Shown here in pieces: positions 1-8,915 of a DNA stretch of 40,297 bases (the first letter of the stretch is position 1; each line of letters begins with the position of its first letter). This DNA is from a virus. Taxonomy: Duplodnaviria; Caudoviricetes. The notes beneath the pieces are model-generated. The model did no database searches. It had not been told where the DNA came from and worked only from the letters and a program-made list of their open reading frames with translations. The stretch covers positions 1 to 40,297 of the IMG/VR virus record IMGVR_UViG_3300021408_000173, one strand, 5' to 3'. The translations under genes and the position numbers were made by a program.

Positions 1-186
1 CTACGCCTGCCCCAAGAGCCTGCGCTTGTTGAACTGGTCCGTCACCAGCACCCCGATCCACACGCAGTCCGGCGTCCTGCACTCGTGGACCGCCACCCCG
101 CCCGTCACCACCCACGACCTCCCGCGCAGCTCGCCCGCCAGCAGCTGGAGGCTCGCCATCGCCCCGTTGCAGTACTTGCACTTCAT
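1..186 (-). CDS. Small Zn-finger protein (61 aa)
   Basis: MKCKYC...HECRTPDC; ATG overlaps the stop of the ERCC4 gene (ATGA). Confidence 0.6.
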   Translation of the reverse strand: MKCKYCNGAMASLQLLAGELRGRSWVVTGGVAVHECRTPDCVWIGVLVTDQFNKRRLLGQA

Positions 187-620
187 ACGCGGCCGCCGGT
201 GAGCAGCCCGTAGGCGACGCGCTCCGCCTCGGCCCGCCCGTCCGTGAACACGGGCGCGATCCCGTAGTCCACGCACACCCTAAGCAGGTGGTCGAGCACC
301 CGGCCGCCGTTCGCGCCCGACGACCAGCACCCCCTCACTATCTGGCGCGGGGTCCCCTCGACGAGGATGCACCTGAAGACCCTGTGCCTGGGCGTGAACG
401 TGGTCCTCATCATCCGGTCCATCTCGCGCCTGAACCTCTGCTCCCCGCGCGTCAGCGTGTGGAAGAGGTCGCTAACCGTCTTTCGCTCGATCATCACGTT
501 CCGGCCCCTGTCCGCGTAGTCCGCCTCGCCGAGAGCGACGCGCTTTATCCTCACCCTGTACTTTTGGAAGGTCCACGGGGTTCTTTCCCTCGTGTCCACC
601 AGTATCGTCGGCACCGCCAT
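183..620 (-). CDS. ERCC4/XPF-domain nuclease (putative resolvase)
   Basis: VDTRE, ADY, IERKT..DL motifs typical of ERCC4 domains. Confidence 0.85.
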   Translation of the reverse strand: MAVPTILVDTRERTPWTFQKYRVRIKRVALGEADYADRGRNVMIERKTVSDLFHTLTRGEQRFRREMDRMMRTTFTPRHRVFRCILVEGTPRQIVRGCWSSGANGGRVLDHLLRVCVDYGIAPVFTDGRAEAERVAYGLLTGGRV

Positions 621-691
621 CGTCCGCCTCCCTCACGTGCCCGCAGATCGTGCACATACCCCTCTTGTCGTAGGTGTGGGCGTCGCCCACT

Positions 692-1120
692 CTATTTCGG
701 TTCTGCCCAGCCGATCTCTTTGCTCAGCGCCTCGTCCCACCCGCCCAGCTCCTTGAAGCGCGCAGAGATAAGATTCATCCTGATCGCCTCGTCCTCGTTC
801 GCCGGCCCGACGCAGAACCTCACCCACCTGCCCAGCGCCTGCCTGTCGCCCACGGCCGCCTCTTCCAGTGTCGGTATCGGTATCCCTAGCATGTTGGCTC
901 CTTTGAGTTGCTTGAACTCTCCATCGATGCACTTGACCAAATCAGGGTAGTACTTATAAGTCTTCAGGTCCTTCTTCCACGCCTGGTCGATGCCGGGCTG
1001 CGGCGCCTGGTCCGGGTCGTCGGGCTCGTAGAACGTCATGCCCACGCCCGCGTTCCTGAAGTTGATCGAGTAGAGGCTCCTCTGCCCGAGTATCCACTGC
1101 AGCTTGACTAGAGGCTCCAT
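692..1120 (-). CDS. Hypothetical protein
   Basis: 142-aa ORF with GGAGG RBS, protein-like composition, in operon. Confidence 0.7.
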   Translation of the reverse strand: MEPLVKLQWILGQRSLYSINFRNAGVGMTFYEPDDPDQAPQPGIDQAWKKDLKTYKYYPDLVKCIDGEFKQLKGANMLGIPIPTLEEAAVGDRQALGRWVRFCVGPANEDEAIRMNLISARFKELGGWDEALSKEIGWAEPK

Positions 1121-1121
1121 G

Positions 1122-1193
1122 TCACTTCAACCTCCCGCATATGTAGGCCAGCTCGGCCATGATGACTACCAAGAGCCCCGTGATGAGCATCAT
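1122..1193 (-). CDS. 23-aa hydrophobic peptide (MMLITGLLVVIMAELAYICGRLK)
   Basis: Translated by hand; AGGAGG RBS; abuts the next gene. Confidence 0.5.
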   Translation of the reverse strand: MMLITGLLVVIMAELAYICGRLK

Positions 1194-1275
1194 TCAATCC
1201 TCCTGAGACGGCGAAGCCCGAGGGCCCACTCCGACCCCCGGGCGTCCCGCCCAACGTCCGATACGGTCGATCCCC

Positions 1276-1977
1276 CTAGGCCGCGACCGCTTCCTTCTTC
1301 GCCTTCTTCAAGACAACCTTCTTAGAGGGTTTGGGAGCCTTGGCCTTCTTCACTTCCTTCTGGACGATCTCGCGCTTCTTGCCGTCCTGCCCCTTCAGCT
1401 CGCCCTGGCGGAACTGGGTCTTGTACCACGCCAGCTGCTTCTCGTCGAACTTGATGCTCCCCGTGGCCTTGCGGACCTCGGTGATGAGCTCACCGTCGTC
1501 GGGCGCCGTCGCCCTGCTGAGGAGCGGGATGAGTACGCTCCCGGTCGTCACGCGCTTTTCCTTGCCTGCCTTGCCACCGTTTTTCTTCGCCATTGTGCTG
1601 CCTCCTTTTGATTTCAAATTGCACGACATGTACTTGTGAATGTCCGACTCCTTCACCGCAGTCTCGACGTCAAGACCTCGGTAAATCTGGTACCTCCGCA
1701 TCTCGGTGTCCGTCATCCGTTTCCCGCACCTATTGTAACCTATTAGAGTCGCGCCGTAAAGCAGCGCGAGCCTCAGCATCCACTCCGGCTTGTGGGTGGT
1801 GTCGACGCCCTCCCCGTACATGGTCTGGAAGGCGAACTTCACCACCCAGGCGTCCGCGTTCTCGAGCTTCGCGTTCATCTGCTCGTACTCGTAGTTGGGC
1901 CCCTTCCCCGCGTTGTCCGATCCGACCCACTGCGGCGCCTGCTCCACCTTCTTCTTCAAGACTATCTTCTTTTTCAT
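1276..1977 (-). CDS. Lys-rich putative DNA-binding protein with histone-H1-like tail
   Basis: 233 aa; KKAKAPKPSKKVVLKKAKK C-terminus; internal in-frame AGGAGG-ATG at 1593. Confidence 0.7.
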   Translation of the reverse strand: MKKKIVLKKKVEQAPQWVGSDNAGKGPNYEYEQMNAKLENADAWVVKFAFQTMYGEGVDTTHKPEWMLRLALLYGATLIGYNRCGKRMTDTEMRRYQIYRGLDVETAVKESDIHKYMSCNLKSKGGSTMAKKNGGKAGKEKRVTTGSVLIPLLSRATAPDDGELITEVRKATGSIKFDEKQLAWYKTQFRQGELKGQDGKKREIVQKEVKKAKAPKPSKKVVLKKAKKEAVAA

Positions 1978-2150
1978 ATCCCCTTCTCCGTGTCTATCGC
2001 GTTTTGTACGGCCGCCTCTATCGTGCGGCCCTGCCCCCTCGCCTCCGTGACGCCGTTAACATGGGGGCCAACTATGTAAGCGAACCCCAGGAACCCCGTC
2101 GCCACCCAACCCCGCTCCTCCAGGAACCGCCCAGCCTCCTCACTTGTCAT
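1974..2150 (-). CDS. Hypothetical protein (58 aa, MTSEEAGRFLEERGW...)
   Basis: Hand-translated; AGGAGG RBS; ATGA overlap with the next gene. Confidence 0.6.
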   Translation of the reverse strand: MTSEEAGRFLEERGWVATGFLGFAYIVGPHVNGVTEARGQGRTIEAAVQNAIDTEKGI

Positions 2151-2319
2151 CTAGCCCTCCTGATCCGTTCTTCATGAGCACGCCGGTCACGAAGTTCACC
2201 GTCATCTTCACGCCCTGGTATATCCACCTCGCCTTGTCGTTCTGCATGTCCGACCTCATCTCGCGCTCCCAGTTCTGCTCGAAACGGGTGAGCGCCTCGA
2301 AGAACTGTGCGTGCGTCAC
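2140..2319 (-). CDS. Hypothetical protein (59 aa, MTHAQFFEALTRFE...)
   Basis: GTG start overlapping the upstream TGA; 3' part of the 2140..2571 ORF. Confidence 0.55.
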   Translation of the reverse strand: MTHAQFFEALTRFEQNWEREMRSDMQNDKARWIYQGVKMTVNFVTGVLMKNGSGGLDDK

Positions 2320-2624
2320 TTGAAGTCCGCCAGGTAAACCCTGACGCTCAGGCCGAACTGGCGAGAGTCCGTATTGATTCCTTCCGGCACGCTCGAGAGC
2401 GTCGTCTGCGCGTAGTCCGCCGTCAGCGTGAGCATGTTGCTGACCGGGAACCGGAAGTCCATGCCGAACTGCGTGTACCCCTTGTTGTCCGACGCCAGGC
2501 CCGGCTGCTGCCCGCCGTGGATGCCCCAGCCGATCGACGGCATGCGGTCCGGGTTCTCCCTCGTGTCCCACGCGTGCGCGACCTGCGACGATAGTAACAC
2601 GAGCGCCACCAGTAAGTATTTCAT
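2316..2624 (-). CDS. Secreted small outer-membrane beta-strand protein
   Basis: Signal peptide ending AHA; amphipathic strands FGMDFRF, LTLTADY, FGLSVRVY. Confidence 0.65.
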   Translation of the reverse strand: MKYLLVALVLLSSQVAHAWDTRENPDRMPSIGWGIHGGQQPGLASDNKGYTQFGMDFRFPVSNMLTLTADYAQTTLSSVPEGINTDSRQFGLSVRVYLADFK

Positions 2625-2633
2625 AAGACCCCC

Positions 2634-3395
2634 TTAGAGCTCGAACGCCTTGAGCATGTTCCTCGGCCCACGGTCGTCGTCCTTCACGTGCTTCTTGAAA
2701 TCCAGACTTACCTTTCTACCGTCCGACTCGCCGGCCTCGCGCGCATCCGCGTTATTGTCGGTGTACCGTTGGCGGCGCGAGGTCAGCTCGTACTTCGCCT
2801 TGACAAACTCGGCAACCTGTTTGTCCTTGCGCACAACCAAAGCGGTCACTTTGGCAGCGTCTGCCTTCGACATCTCGTCCGACATGCGGTTCGCGCGGTA
2901 CCTCAAAGTGTCGACCACCCCTTCCACGTACTTAAACCTCCTGACAAGCGCCTGCTTGGGCGTCATCTCCGGGCTCGGGTTCGCCTTCGACCACCGCAGC
3001 CCCATCTGCATAAGCTCCAGCTTGAGAAGTTTGTAGACCTCGACGGCCAGCGTGACGTCGGTCTCGTAGCCCACGAACACGACCGCGCGCCGTTCGGTTC
3101 TATAGGGGTTGATCCGCGAAAAGTGTTTTGTGTTGAACAGCGCGTCGCACACCCAAGGAAGCTCGTACTCCCATCGAGGCGCCCCGGCCCGTTCCTTCAT
3201 CGACTCTTCCTTAATGTTACCGAAGCTGTCCCCCTCTTTTTCGGCCACGTCTGCCATGGAGAGGTTGTGCTTGTCCATCAGGTTCTTGGCCATGCGAAGG
3301 GCGTTCTCGACCTCGCCCTCGTGCGGGTTCTTGTCCCTGTCACCCAATGCCAAGCACTTCTTGATGGTGTCGATGATGCGATCGCGCTCGTTCAT
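2634..3395 (-). CDS. DUF2786-domain protein
   Basis: IKKCLALG..NPHEGE.ENAL..A..LM.KHNL N-terminal signature. Confidence 0.8.
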   Translation of the reverse strand: MNERDRIIDTIKKCLALGDRDKNPHEGEVENALRMAKNLMDKHNLSMADVAEKEGDSFGNIKEESMKERAGAPRWEYELPWVCDALFNTKHFSRINPYRTERRAVVFVGYETDVTLAVEVYKLLKLELMQMGLRWSKANPSPEMTPKQALVRRFKYVEGVVDTLRYRANRMSDEMSKADAAKVTALVVRKDKQVAEFVKAKYELTSRRQRYTDNNADAREAGESDGRKVSLDFKKHVKDDDRGPRNMLKAFEL

Positions 3396-3396
3396 G

Positions 3397-3684
3397 CTAT
3401 CTCGCCGCCTTGGCCAGCTTCGCGGCCGAGTAGTTCTTCATGACGTGGATCTTGGTGGGGTTGATGAGGAACGCCTGCTCGTCCAGCTTGTAGCCGCGAT
3501 CGCGCAAGTCGTTGGCAACCTGCTCGATCATGTCGGGGTCAGCCTTGCCAAAGGTTAAGAACACTTTCCTGTTGCCCGTGGTGGCCGCGTCCAGGATCGC
3601 GTTGTTCGTGTACGCCATCATCTGGTCGAGCTCCGAGGCCGATGCTACCGAAGACAACGCCAAGAGTAGAAGTAATGTTTTCAT
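3397..3684 (-). CDS. Secreted hypothetical protein
   Basis: MKTLLLLLALSSVASA signal peptide; AAGGAG RBS. Confidence 0.7.
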   Translation of the reverse strand: MKTLLLLLALSSVASASELDQMMAYTNNAILDAATTGNRKVFLTFGKADPDMIEQVANDLRDRGYKLDEQAFLINPTKIHVMKNYSAAKLAKAAR

Positions 3685-3685
3685 T

Positions 3686-4063
3686 TTAGTCTCCTTTATG
3701 GTGCTTTCGTTTGGGCTGTGTGCTCTCGTATTTGCCCTTCCTTAATTCCATCGACGGCTCCGTCCCGTCCCCCTCGTACCCGGTTTTGCTGAAGAACGAA
3801 TGCCGTATCCAGAACGCCATGAAGTCGCCGACGTACCGAACAGGGAACATAGCCACCTGCCAAACAGCCATAGCTCGTGCTTCCCAAGTCAACTCGCCCT
3901 TCTCGTTCGTCCCCGTGCAGGTGGGCTGTATCCGGTCGGTCGCCTTCCTATTTATGCGCGGTGCCTTGGGGTCCGGCTTGGAGAACTCGTAGTGGTTGGG
4001 GTTCACACCACACGAGCCATCGAAGCAATTTTCGTCTGACTGGTGATCGTGCTTGAGCGTCAT
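3686..4063 (-). CDS. Hypothetical protein
   Basis: 125-aa ORF tightly packed in the operon. Confidence 0.6.
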   Translation of the reverse strand: MTLKHDHQSDENCFDGSCGVNPNHYEFSKPDPKAPRINRKATDRIQPTCTGTNEKGELTWEARAMAVWQVAMFPVRYVGDFMAFWIRHSFFSKTGYEGDGTEPSMELRKGKYESTQPKRKHHKGD

Positions 4064-4064
4064 G

Positions 4065-4295
4065 TTAGGCCGCCTTCCGCGACGCTTCCGTGAACGTCAC
4101 GTAGATGTTCCAGTGCTCGATCGCTTGCACGACGTCCTTGCCAATCGCGCGATGACCATGCTCTTCGCAGACCGCTTCAACCGCTTCCTTCTTATCGTAG
4201 TCTAAGAGCGGCACGAAGTTCGGAACCAAGTGGCAATCTGGGCATCTTTTACAGTCGTCAAGTCCAAGCTTCTGAGTCGATTTCAAGTTTTCCAT
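4065..4295 (-). CDS. Small Zn-ribbon protein, first gene of the leftward operon
   Basis: CPDC...CEEH; AAGGAG RBS. Confidence 0.65.
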   Translation of the reverse strand: MENLKSTQKLGLDDCKRCPDCHLVPNFVPLLDYDKKEAVEAVCEEHGHRAIGKDVVQAIEHWNIYVTFTEASRKAA

Positions 4296-4314
4296 GTGAG
4301 GTCTCCTTTGGTCC

Positions 4315-4454
4315 TGCTTGATTTCCTTATACTTAATTATACGTCGGGTTACAACGAAAGTAAACGGTTTTTTGACTTGCTTGAATAATGTTGCTTGAAG
4401 TAAATTGGCTGATAAATCAGCTCGTTTTTAGCCTGCTTGGGCCAATTGCTTGAA
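4315..4454 (+). repeat. Direct repeats TTGCTTGAA x3 (core TGCTTG x5) plus a GCTGAT-AA-ATCAGC palindrome
   Basis: TTGCTTGAA at 4377, 4391, 4446; TGCTTG at 4315, 4434; palindrome 4408-4421. Confidence 0.7.
4336..4364 (-). promoter_or_regulatory. Sigma70-type early promoter
   Basis: TTTACT (4364-4359), 17-nt spacer, perfect TATAAT (4341-4336), upstream of the leftward operon. Confidence 0.8.
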
Positions 4455-4548
4455 ACTGGAGCTTTTATGTCGTGCGTGCTTGGGGCTCTTCACGTTACAT
4501 TTACACGTGTGCGAGAATCACCGTTTATTTCAGCGAGGCCCAGCGTAG

Positions 4549-5085
4549 ATGTCCAAGCCGACCAAAAAGGCCAAGACAAAACGCCACGCCGGCATGTTCG
4601 TGTCCCACGACCCGAGGAGTGGTACGGGGGGTGCGCGCCAGGGTGCTGGCCGCCCGCCGAACTGGTTCAAGCAGGCTTGCGACCAGGCCCTGCAGAAGTA
4701 CCAGCTGTTCGACCTCCTGGCCGATGGAGCCAGGGGCGAGAAGGTGGACTACATCGTGGGCGAGGGTGGCAAGCTCCGCAAGGTGCCCGCGAGGTACAGG
4801 GACCGGGTGGCCTCGATAACGGAGCTGGCGGACAGGGCGCACGGCAGGCCGACCCAGCACGTGGACGTGTCGAGCGACCAGGCGCTGATGGAGCTGCTCT
4901 CCCTCGTCACCCTGGCGGTGAAGCAGCGAGTGCCGGCGGCCTGCCCGCACTGCAAGCACAAGATGTCGTCGCTCCAGGAGCTGGCGCAGGACTTCATAAC
5001 GATCCAGGAGCGGCTGATGGACAAGGCCAAGGGCACGGTGAAAGGAGCCTTACCGGATGCGCGAGATGACAGCAAGGACGACTGA
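4549..5085 (+). CDS. Terminase small subunit
   Basis: Directly upstream of TerL; GGARQGAGRP and ELADRAHGRPTQ motifs typical of TerS. Confidence 0.8.
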   Translation: MSKPTKKAKTKRHAGMFVSHDPRSGTGGARQGAGRPPNWFKQACDQALQKYQLFDLLADGARGEKVDYIVGEGGKLRKVPARYRDRVASITELADRAHGRPTQHVDVSSDQALMELLSLVTLAVKQRVPAACPHCKHKMSSLQELAQDFITIQERLMDKAKGTVKGALPDARDDSKDD

Positions 5086-6622
5086 CGACATCCTGTTGCC
5101 GGACCCGGCAGCGCTCCCCCTCAACTCCGCAGAGTTCTTCGCCCGCCTAGCCCAGAATTTGACAGCCGAACCCATAGAGCTCCGCGACTTCGTCACCCAG
5201 TCCTGGCCGATCATCGAGCCCTCCAACTCCCTCATAGAGTCCTGGCACATCGACTGCATCTGCGAGCACCTCGAGCTCGTCATCAGCGGCGACATAAGGA
5301 AGCTGCTCATCAACCTGCCGCCCAGAGAGGCCAAGTCAAACATCGTCACGGTCCAATTTCCCTCCTGGGCATGGACCCAGTTCCCCGCCCTGAGGTTCAT
5401 CACCTGCTCCTACGCGGCATCCCTATCCATCAAGCACGCCGTCATGCGCCGCAACATCATCAACTCCAGGTGGTACCAGAAGAACTGGGGGGACACGGTG
5501 CGGCTCGCCGAGGACCAGAACCAGAAGCAGGAGTACGAGAACACGGCGAGGGGCCACATGATAGCCACCTCGGTCGGCGGCACCATCACCGGCAAGGGCT
5601 GCGACATAGAGATAGAGGACGACATGGTCAACCCCCTAGAGGCTGAGAGCGAGGCGCACCGCCAGCACGCGATCGACATGCACCAGACGGTCCTGCCAAC
5701 GCGCCTCGACAACCCGAAGACCGGGTCGCGCATCATCGTCGAGCAGCGTACGCACGCCAAGGACGTATCGGGCCATGTGCTGGAGAACGAGGACGGGTGG
5801 GTGCACCTCAAGCTGCCCATGATAGCCGAGAGGAAGACCACAGTCGTGTTCCCCAAGAGCGGCCGCGAGGTAGTGCGCGAGGTGGGGGACATACTCAACC
5901 CCGAGCGCAGAGGGCCGAAGGAAGTGGCGGATTTGAAGAAGACGATGGGCAGCAGGGCGTTCGTCGCGCAGGCACAGCAGGACCCCACCACCGAGATAGG
6001 CAACATCATCAAGCGGCACTGGTGGACCAAGGGCTTTTATAAGGTATTGCCTTCTGGTTTCAATTTAGTCATAACCTCCTGGGACATGAACTTCCAAGAG
6101 ACGAAGTCGGGCAGCTTCGTGTGCGGCCACGCGTTCGGCAGGCGCGGCGCGGACTTCTACATATTCCCCATAGAGGTGAGAGAACGAATGGACTTCGCCG
6201 AGACCGTGCCCGCCGTGCTCGGCCTCAAGGGCCAAGTGCCATCTGCCCGCGCCCACCTCGTGGAGCGCAAGGCGAACGGCGCCGCGATCATCTCGCACCT
6301 GCACAAGGTCATACCCGGCCTGATACCCGTTGAGCCCAAGGGCTCCAAGGTCGCCCGCGCGCAGGCGTGCGCTCCCTATATAGAGGCCGGCAACGTGCAC
6401 CTCCCCGACCCGAGCATCTGCCCGTGGACGCTGGACTACATCGAGGAGTGCGCCAAGTTCCGCGGCGACGACAACGAGATCAACGACCGCGTCGACGTGC
6501 TCAGTCAGGCGCTCAACTGGTTCGCGCAGATCAGGGTGGTGGACCAGCAGGAGGAGGAGGTCGTGGGCACCTTCATAGACATCAACGGCGAGGGCGCGTC
6601 CCTGGGAGGCTTCAGTGATTGA
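5057..6622 (+). CDS. Terminase large subunit
   Basis: INLPPREAKS (Walker A), ITGKGCDIEIEDD (Walker B region), SWD, VE.KANG, NDRVD nuclease motifs. Confidence 0.95.
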   Translation: MREMTARTTDDILLPDPAALPLNSAEFFARLAQNLTAEPIELRDFVTQSWPIIEPSNSLIESWHIDCICEHLELVISGDIRKLLINLPPREAKSNIVTVQFPSWAWTQFPALRFITCSYAASLSIKHAVMRRNIINSRWYQKNWGDTVRLAEDQNQKQEYENTARGHMIATSVGGTITGKGCDIEIEDDMVNPLEAESEAHRQHAIDMHQTVLPTRLDNPKTGSRIIVEQRTHAKDVSGHVLENEDGWVHLKLPMIAERKTTVVFPKSGREVVREVGDILNPERRGPKEVADLKKTMGSRAFVAQAQQDPTTEIGNIIKRHWWTKGFYKVLPSGFNLVITSWDMNFQETKSGSFVCGHAFGRRGADFYIFPIEVRERMDFAETVPAVLGLKGQVPSARAHLVERKANGAAIISHLHKVIPGLIPVEPKGSKVARAQACAPYIEAGNVHLPDPSICPWTLDYIEECAKFRGDDNEINDRVDVLSQALNWFAQIRVVDQQEEEVVGTFIDINGEGASLGGFSD

Positions 6623-8417
6623 CCTGATTTTGAGCAAGTACCGGCGCATGGTGGCGGAGAACAAGACCGAGCTCACGCGCCTGCAGGCCGAGGAGAAGAT
6701 CATCCAGGAGGCGTCGGACGTCGTGACCGACCGGCCCGACAAGGACAACTGGGTCCGCACGTTCGGCACGAACGAGCAGGAGAAGGGGTTCACGCAGGCC
6801 CTGCAGATGGACATGGTGAAGAAGGCCCGCGAGTTCTCGCGATTCGACCCGAACGCGAAGGGCGCGCTCACGACCATGGTCAACTACATCATGGGGAAGG
6901 GGCTCAGCCTCACCCCCAAGGCAGACGACCCGATGGTCTGGTACGTGTGGCGTGAGTTCTGGACCGCGCCCCGCAACCGGATGGCGCTGAAACAATTTGA
7001 GATCGTCGGGCGCTCGCTGAGGGACGGCGAGATATTCATCCGCTTCTTCACCGAGAACGGCGAGGGCGCGAAGACCGGCAAGACCACCATCCGCTTCCTA
7101 GATCCTCTCCTGGTGCGGGCCCGCGAGACCGAGGCCGGCGTAGACGCCTCCAAGACCATCAACAACGGCGTCGTCACCGACCCCGAGGACGTCGAGAAGG
7201 TCCTCAAGTACACGGTGCGCAAGCGCGCCGACACCAACGACTACTACGACGTGCCCGCCGACGAGATGCTCCACATCAAGGTGAACGTGGACAGCGACCA
7301 GAAGCGCGGCGAGACCCAGCTCCTGTCCGTCATGGACATGTTCACGCACTACCGGCAGTGGATCGAGAACAGGATCATCCTCAACAAGATGCGCTCGGCC
7401 ATCGTGCTCGTGCGCTCCATCACGGGCACCCCCGACGAGGTGGCTGCGATCGCGGCGAACACGCCAGACGCACGGAACACCGGCGGGCTAAACCAGAAGA
7501 AGAACTTCAGGGGCGGCACCATCCTCAACGCCGGCGCAGGCGTCAAGTACGAGATGCTCGCCCCCAACATCAACGCGACGGACGTGAAGGAGGACGGCCG
7601 TAACATCAAGACGAACATGGCGGCCGGCCTGAACATACCCGAGTACGTGTTCGGGGACGCGTCCAACCAGAACTACGCGTCGTCCCTCATCGCGGAGTCC
7701 CCCTTCGTCAAGTCGATCCAGTACTGGCAGATCTTCTACGAGTTCTGGTTCTCACAGATATTCCGCAAGGTCATACAGAACGCCGTCGACGCGGGCCTGC
7801 TGATCGCGCCCAACGACGAGGAGTTCATCAACAAGCTCAAGGCCGTGCGTGACATTAAGGAAGCCTTCCCCAACCAGCAGCCGCCCAAGCCGGACGAGAA
7901 CAAGGACAATCCTCCTGGCGAGGGCGGCCCCACCGAGGGACAAGACGACCCCATTAAGAAGGAAGCGCCGCAGCTGTCGCCCAAGCAACTCGCTCTACAA
8001 GAGCTCATGCCCAACGGCAAGATGGAGACGCCCACGGAGATCTTCTTCGGCTGCGACATGGACTGGCCCGAGATCGTGCACCGCGACATGAAGGCGCACG
8101 CGGAGGCACTGGCGATCGCCACCGGCAACGGCTGGATGGCCGACTCGACAGCCTGCTCCGCCTTGGGATACGACTATGCCGAGGAGGTGCGCAAGGCGCG
8201 GAACATCGAGGAGGACTCGGCCGTGCAGGACAACCCGCTCAAGGGCACGCCCTCCATGGACAACGAGTTCGCGATGGACGCCGAGATGCAGGACATGCTC
8301 GACAAGATGTCGCCCGAAGAGCGCGACAAGGTGCTCCGCGCGAAGGACCCCCGAGAGGTGGTCAGGATCATGAACGCCAAGAAGGGCGCCGAAGGCGAAG
8401 ATGAGGAGCAGCCATGA
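6615..8417 (+). CDS. Portal protein
   Basis: Follows TerL; RDGEIF, QKRGE, GDASNQNYAS motifs of lambda-like portals. Confidence 0.9.
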   Translation: MIDLILSKYRRMVAENKTELTRLQAEEKIIQEASDVVTDRPDKDNWVRTFGTNEQEKGFTQALQMDMVKKAREFSRFDPNAKGALTTMVNYIMGKGLSLTPKADDPMVWYVWREFWTAPRNRMALKQFEIVGRSLRDGEIFIRFFTENGEGAKTGKTTIRFLDPLLVRARETEAGVDASKTINNGVVTDPEDVEKVLKYTVRKRADTNDYYDVPADEMLHIKVNVDSDQKRGETQLLSVMDMFTHYRQWIENRIILNKMRSAIVLVRSITGTPDEVAAIAANTPDARNTGGLNQKKNFRGGTILNAGAGVKYEMLAPNINATDVKEDGRNIKTNMAAGLNIPEYVFGDASNQNYASSLIAESPFVKSIQYWQIFYEFWFSQIFRKVIQNAVDAGLLIAPNDEEFINKLKAVRDIKEAFPNQQPPKPDENKDNPPGEGGPTEGQDDPIKKEAPQLSPKQLALQELMPNGKMETPTEIFFGCDMDWPEIVHRDMKAHAEALAIATGNGWMADSTACSALGYDYAEEVRKARNIEEDSAVQDNPLKGTPSMDNEFAMDAEMQDMLDKMSPEERDKVLRAKDPREVVRIMNAKKGAEGEDEEQP

Positions 8418-8572
8418 GTCTCGGAACAATTATCCTAGTCATCCTTATACTGATGCTGGTGGGCGCGCTGCCCACGTGGCCGCACGCGCAGAACTGGGGA
8501 TACTACCCGAGCGGAGGGCTCGGCCTCGTGGTCTTAATCCTCCTGATCCTTTTAATTCTGGGCAAACTCTAG
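8414..8572 (+). CDS. DUF3309-family small membrane protein (52 aa)
   Basis: MSLGTIILVILILMLVGALPTWPHAQNWGYYPSGGLGLVVLILLILLILGKL; hand-translated, absent from the ORF track. Confidence 0.85.
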   Translation: MSLGTIILVILILMLVGALPTWPHAQNWGYYPSGGLGLVVLILLILLILGKL

Positions 8573-8580
8573 GAGGAACA

Positions 8581-8742
8581 ATGGAAAGCAAACTGGCAAC
8601 AGCCACGTCGGCGCAGGTGAGCAGAGTGCAGCAACGCCACTACGATTTGGAGAGCTCGATCATGAGCAGCATGCGTGAGCTGACGCTTGCGCAGAAGGAA
8701 GCGCTGGTCCTGAAGCTGCCGGCCATCATAGAAACGCTCTGA
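8581..8742 (+). CDS. Small helical protein (53 aa)
   Basis: AGGAGG RBS then ATG at 8581; resembles the next ORF. Confidence 0.7.
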   Translation: MESKLATATSAQVSRVQQRHYDLESSIMSSMRELTLAQKEALVLKLPAIIETL

Positions 8743-8915
8743 TGTCCGACCTGTCGAACTGTTCGCTTGACGACATGGAGAAGTACATGCAGACGCACGC
8801 CGACCTCAAGGCAGGCATCATGGGGCGGCTGCGCGGCCTGAGCTGCGGCCAGCTGAAGAAGCTGACCGAGCGCGTGGACGAGTGGGTCGCCAAGATCATG
8901 ACGGAAAAGGCATAG
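8742..8915 (+). CDS. Small helical protein (57 aa, MSDLSNCSLDDMEKY...)
   Basis: Hand-translated; TGATG overlap; fills the gap exactly up to 8916. Confidence 0.7.
   Translation: MSDLSNCSLDDMEKYMQTHADLKAGIMGRLRGLSCGQLKKLTERVDEWVAKIMTEKA

Noticed and set aside
472-690. Small CxxC ORF (MGDAHTYDKRGMCTICGH...)
   Set aside because: Could be real, but about two-thirds overlaps the ERCC4 gene and the RBS is weak; not listed as a feature
1200-2162. CTCCTG copies at 1200 and 2157 (also 30360) as members of the dispersed motif
   Set aside because: Fully explained as AGGAG ribosome-binding sites of - strand genes
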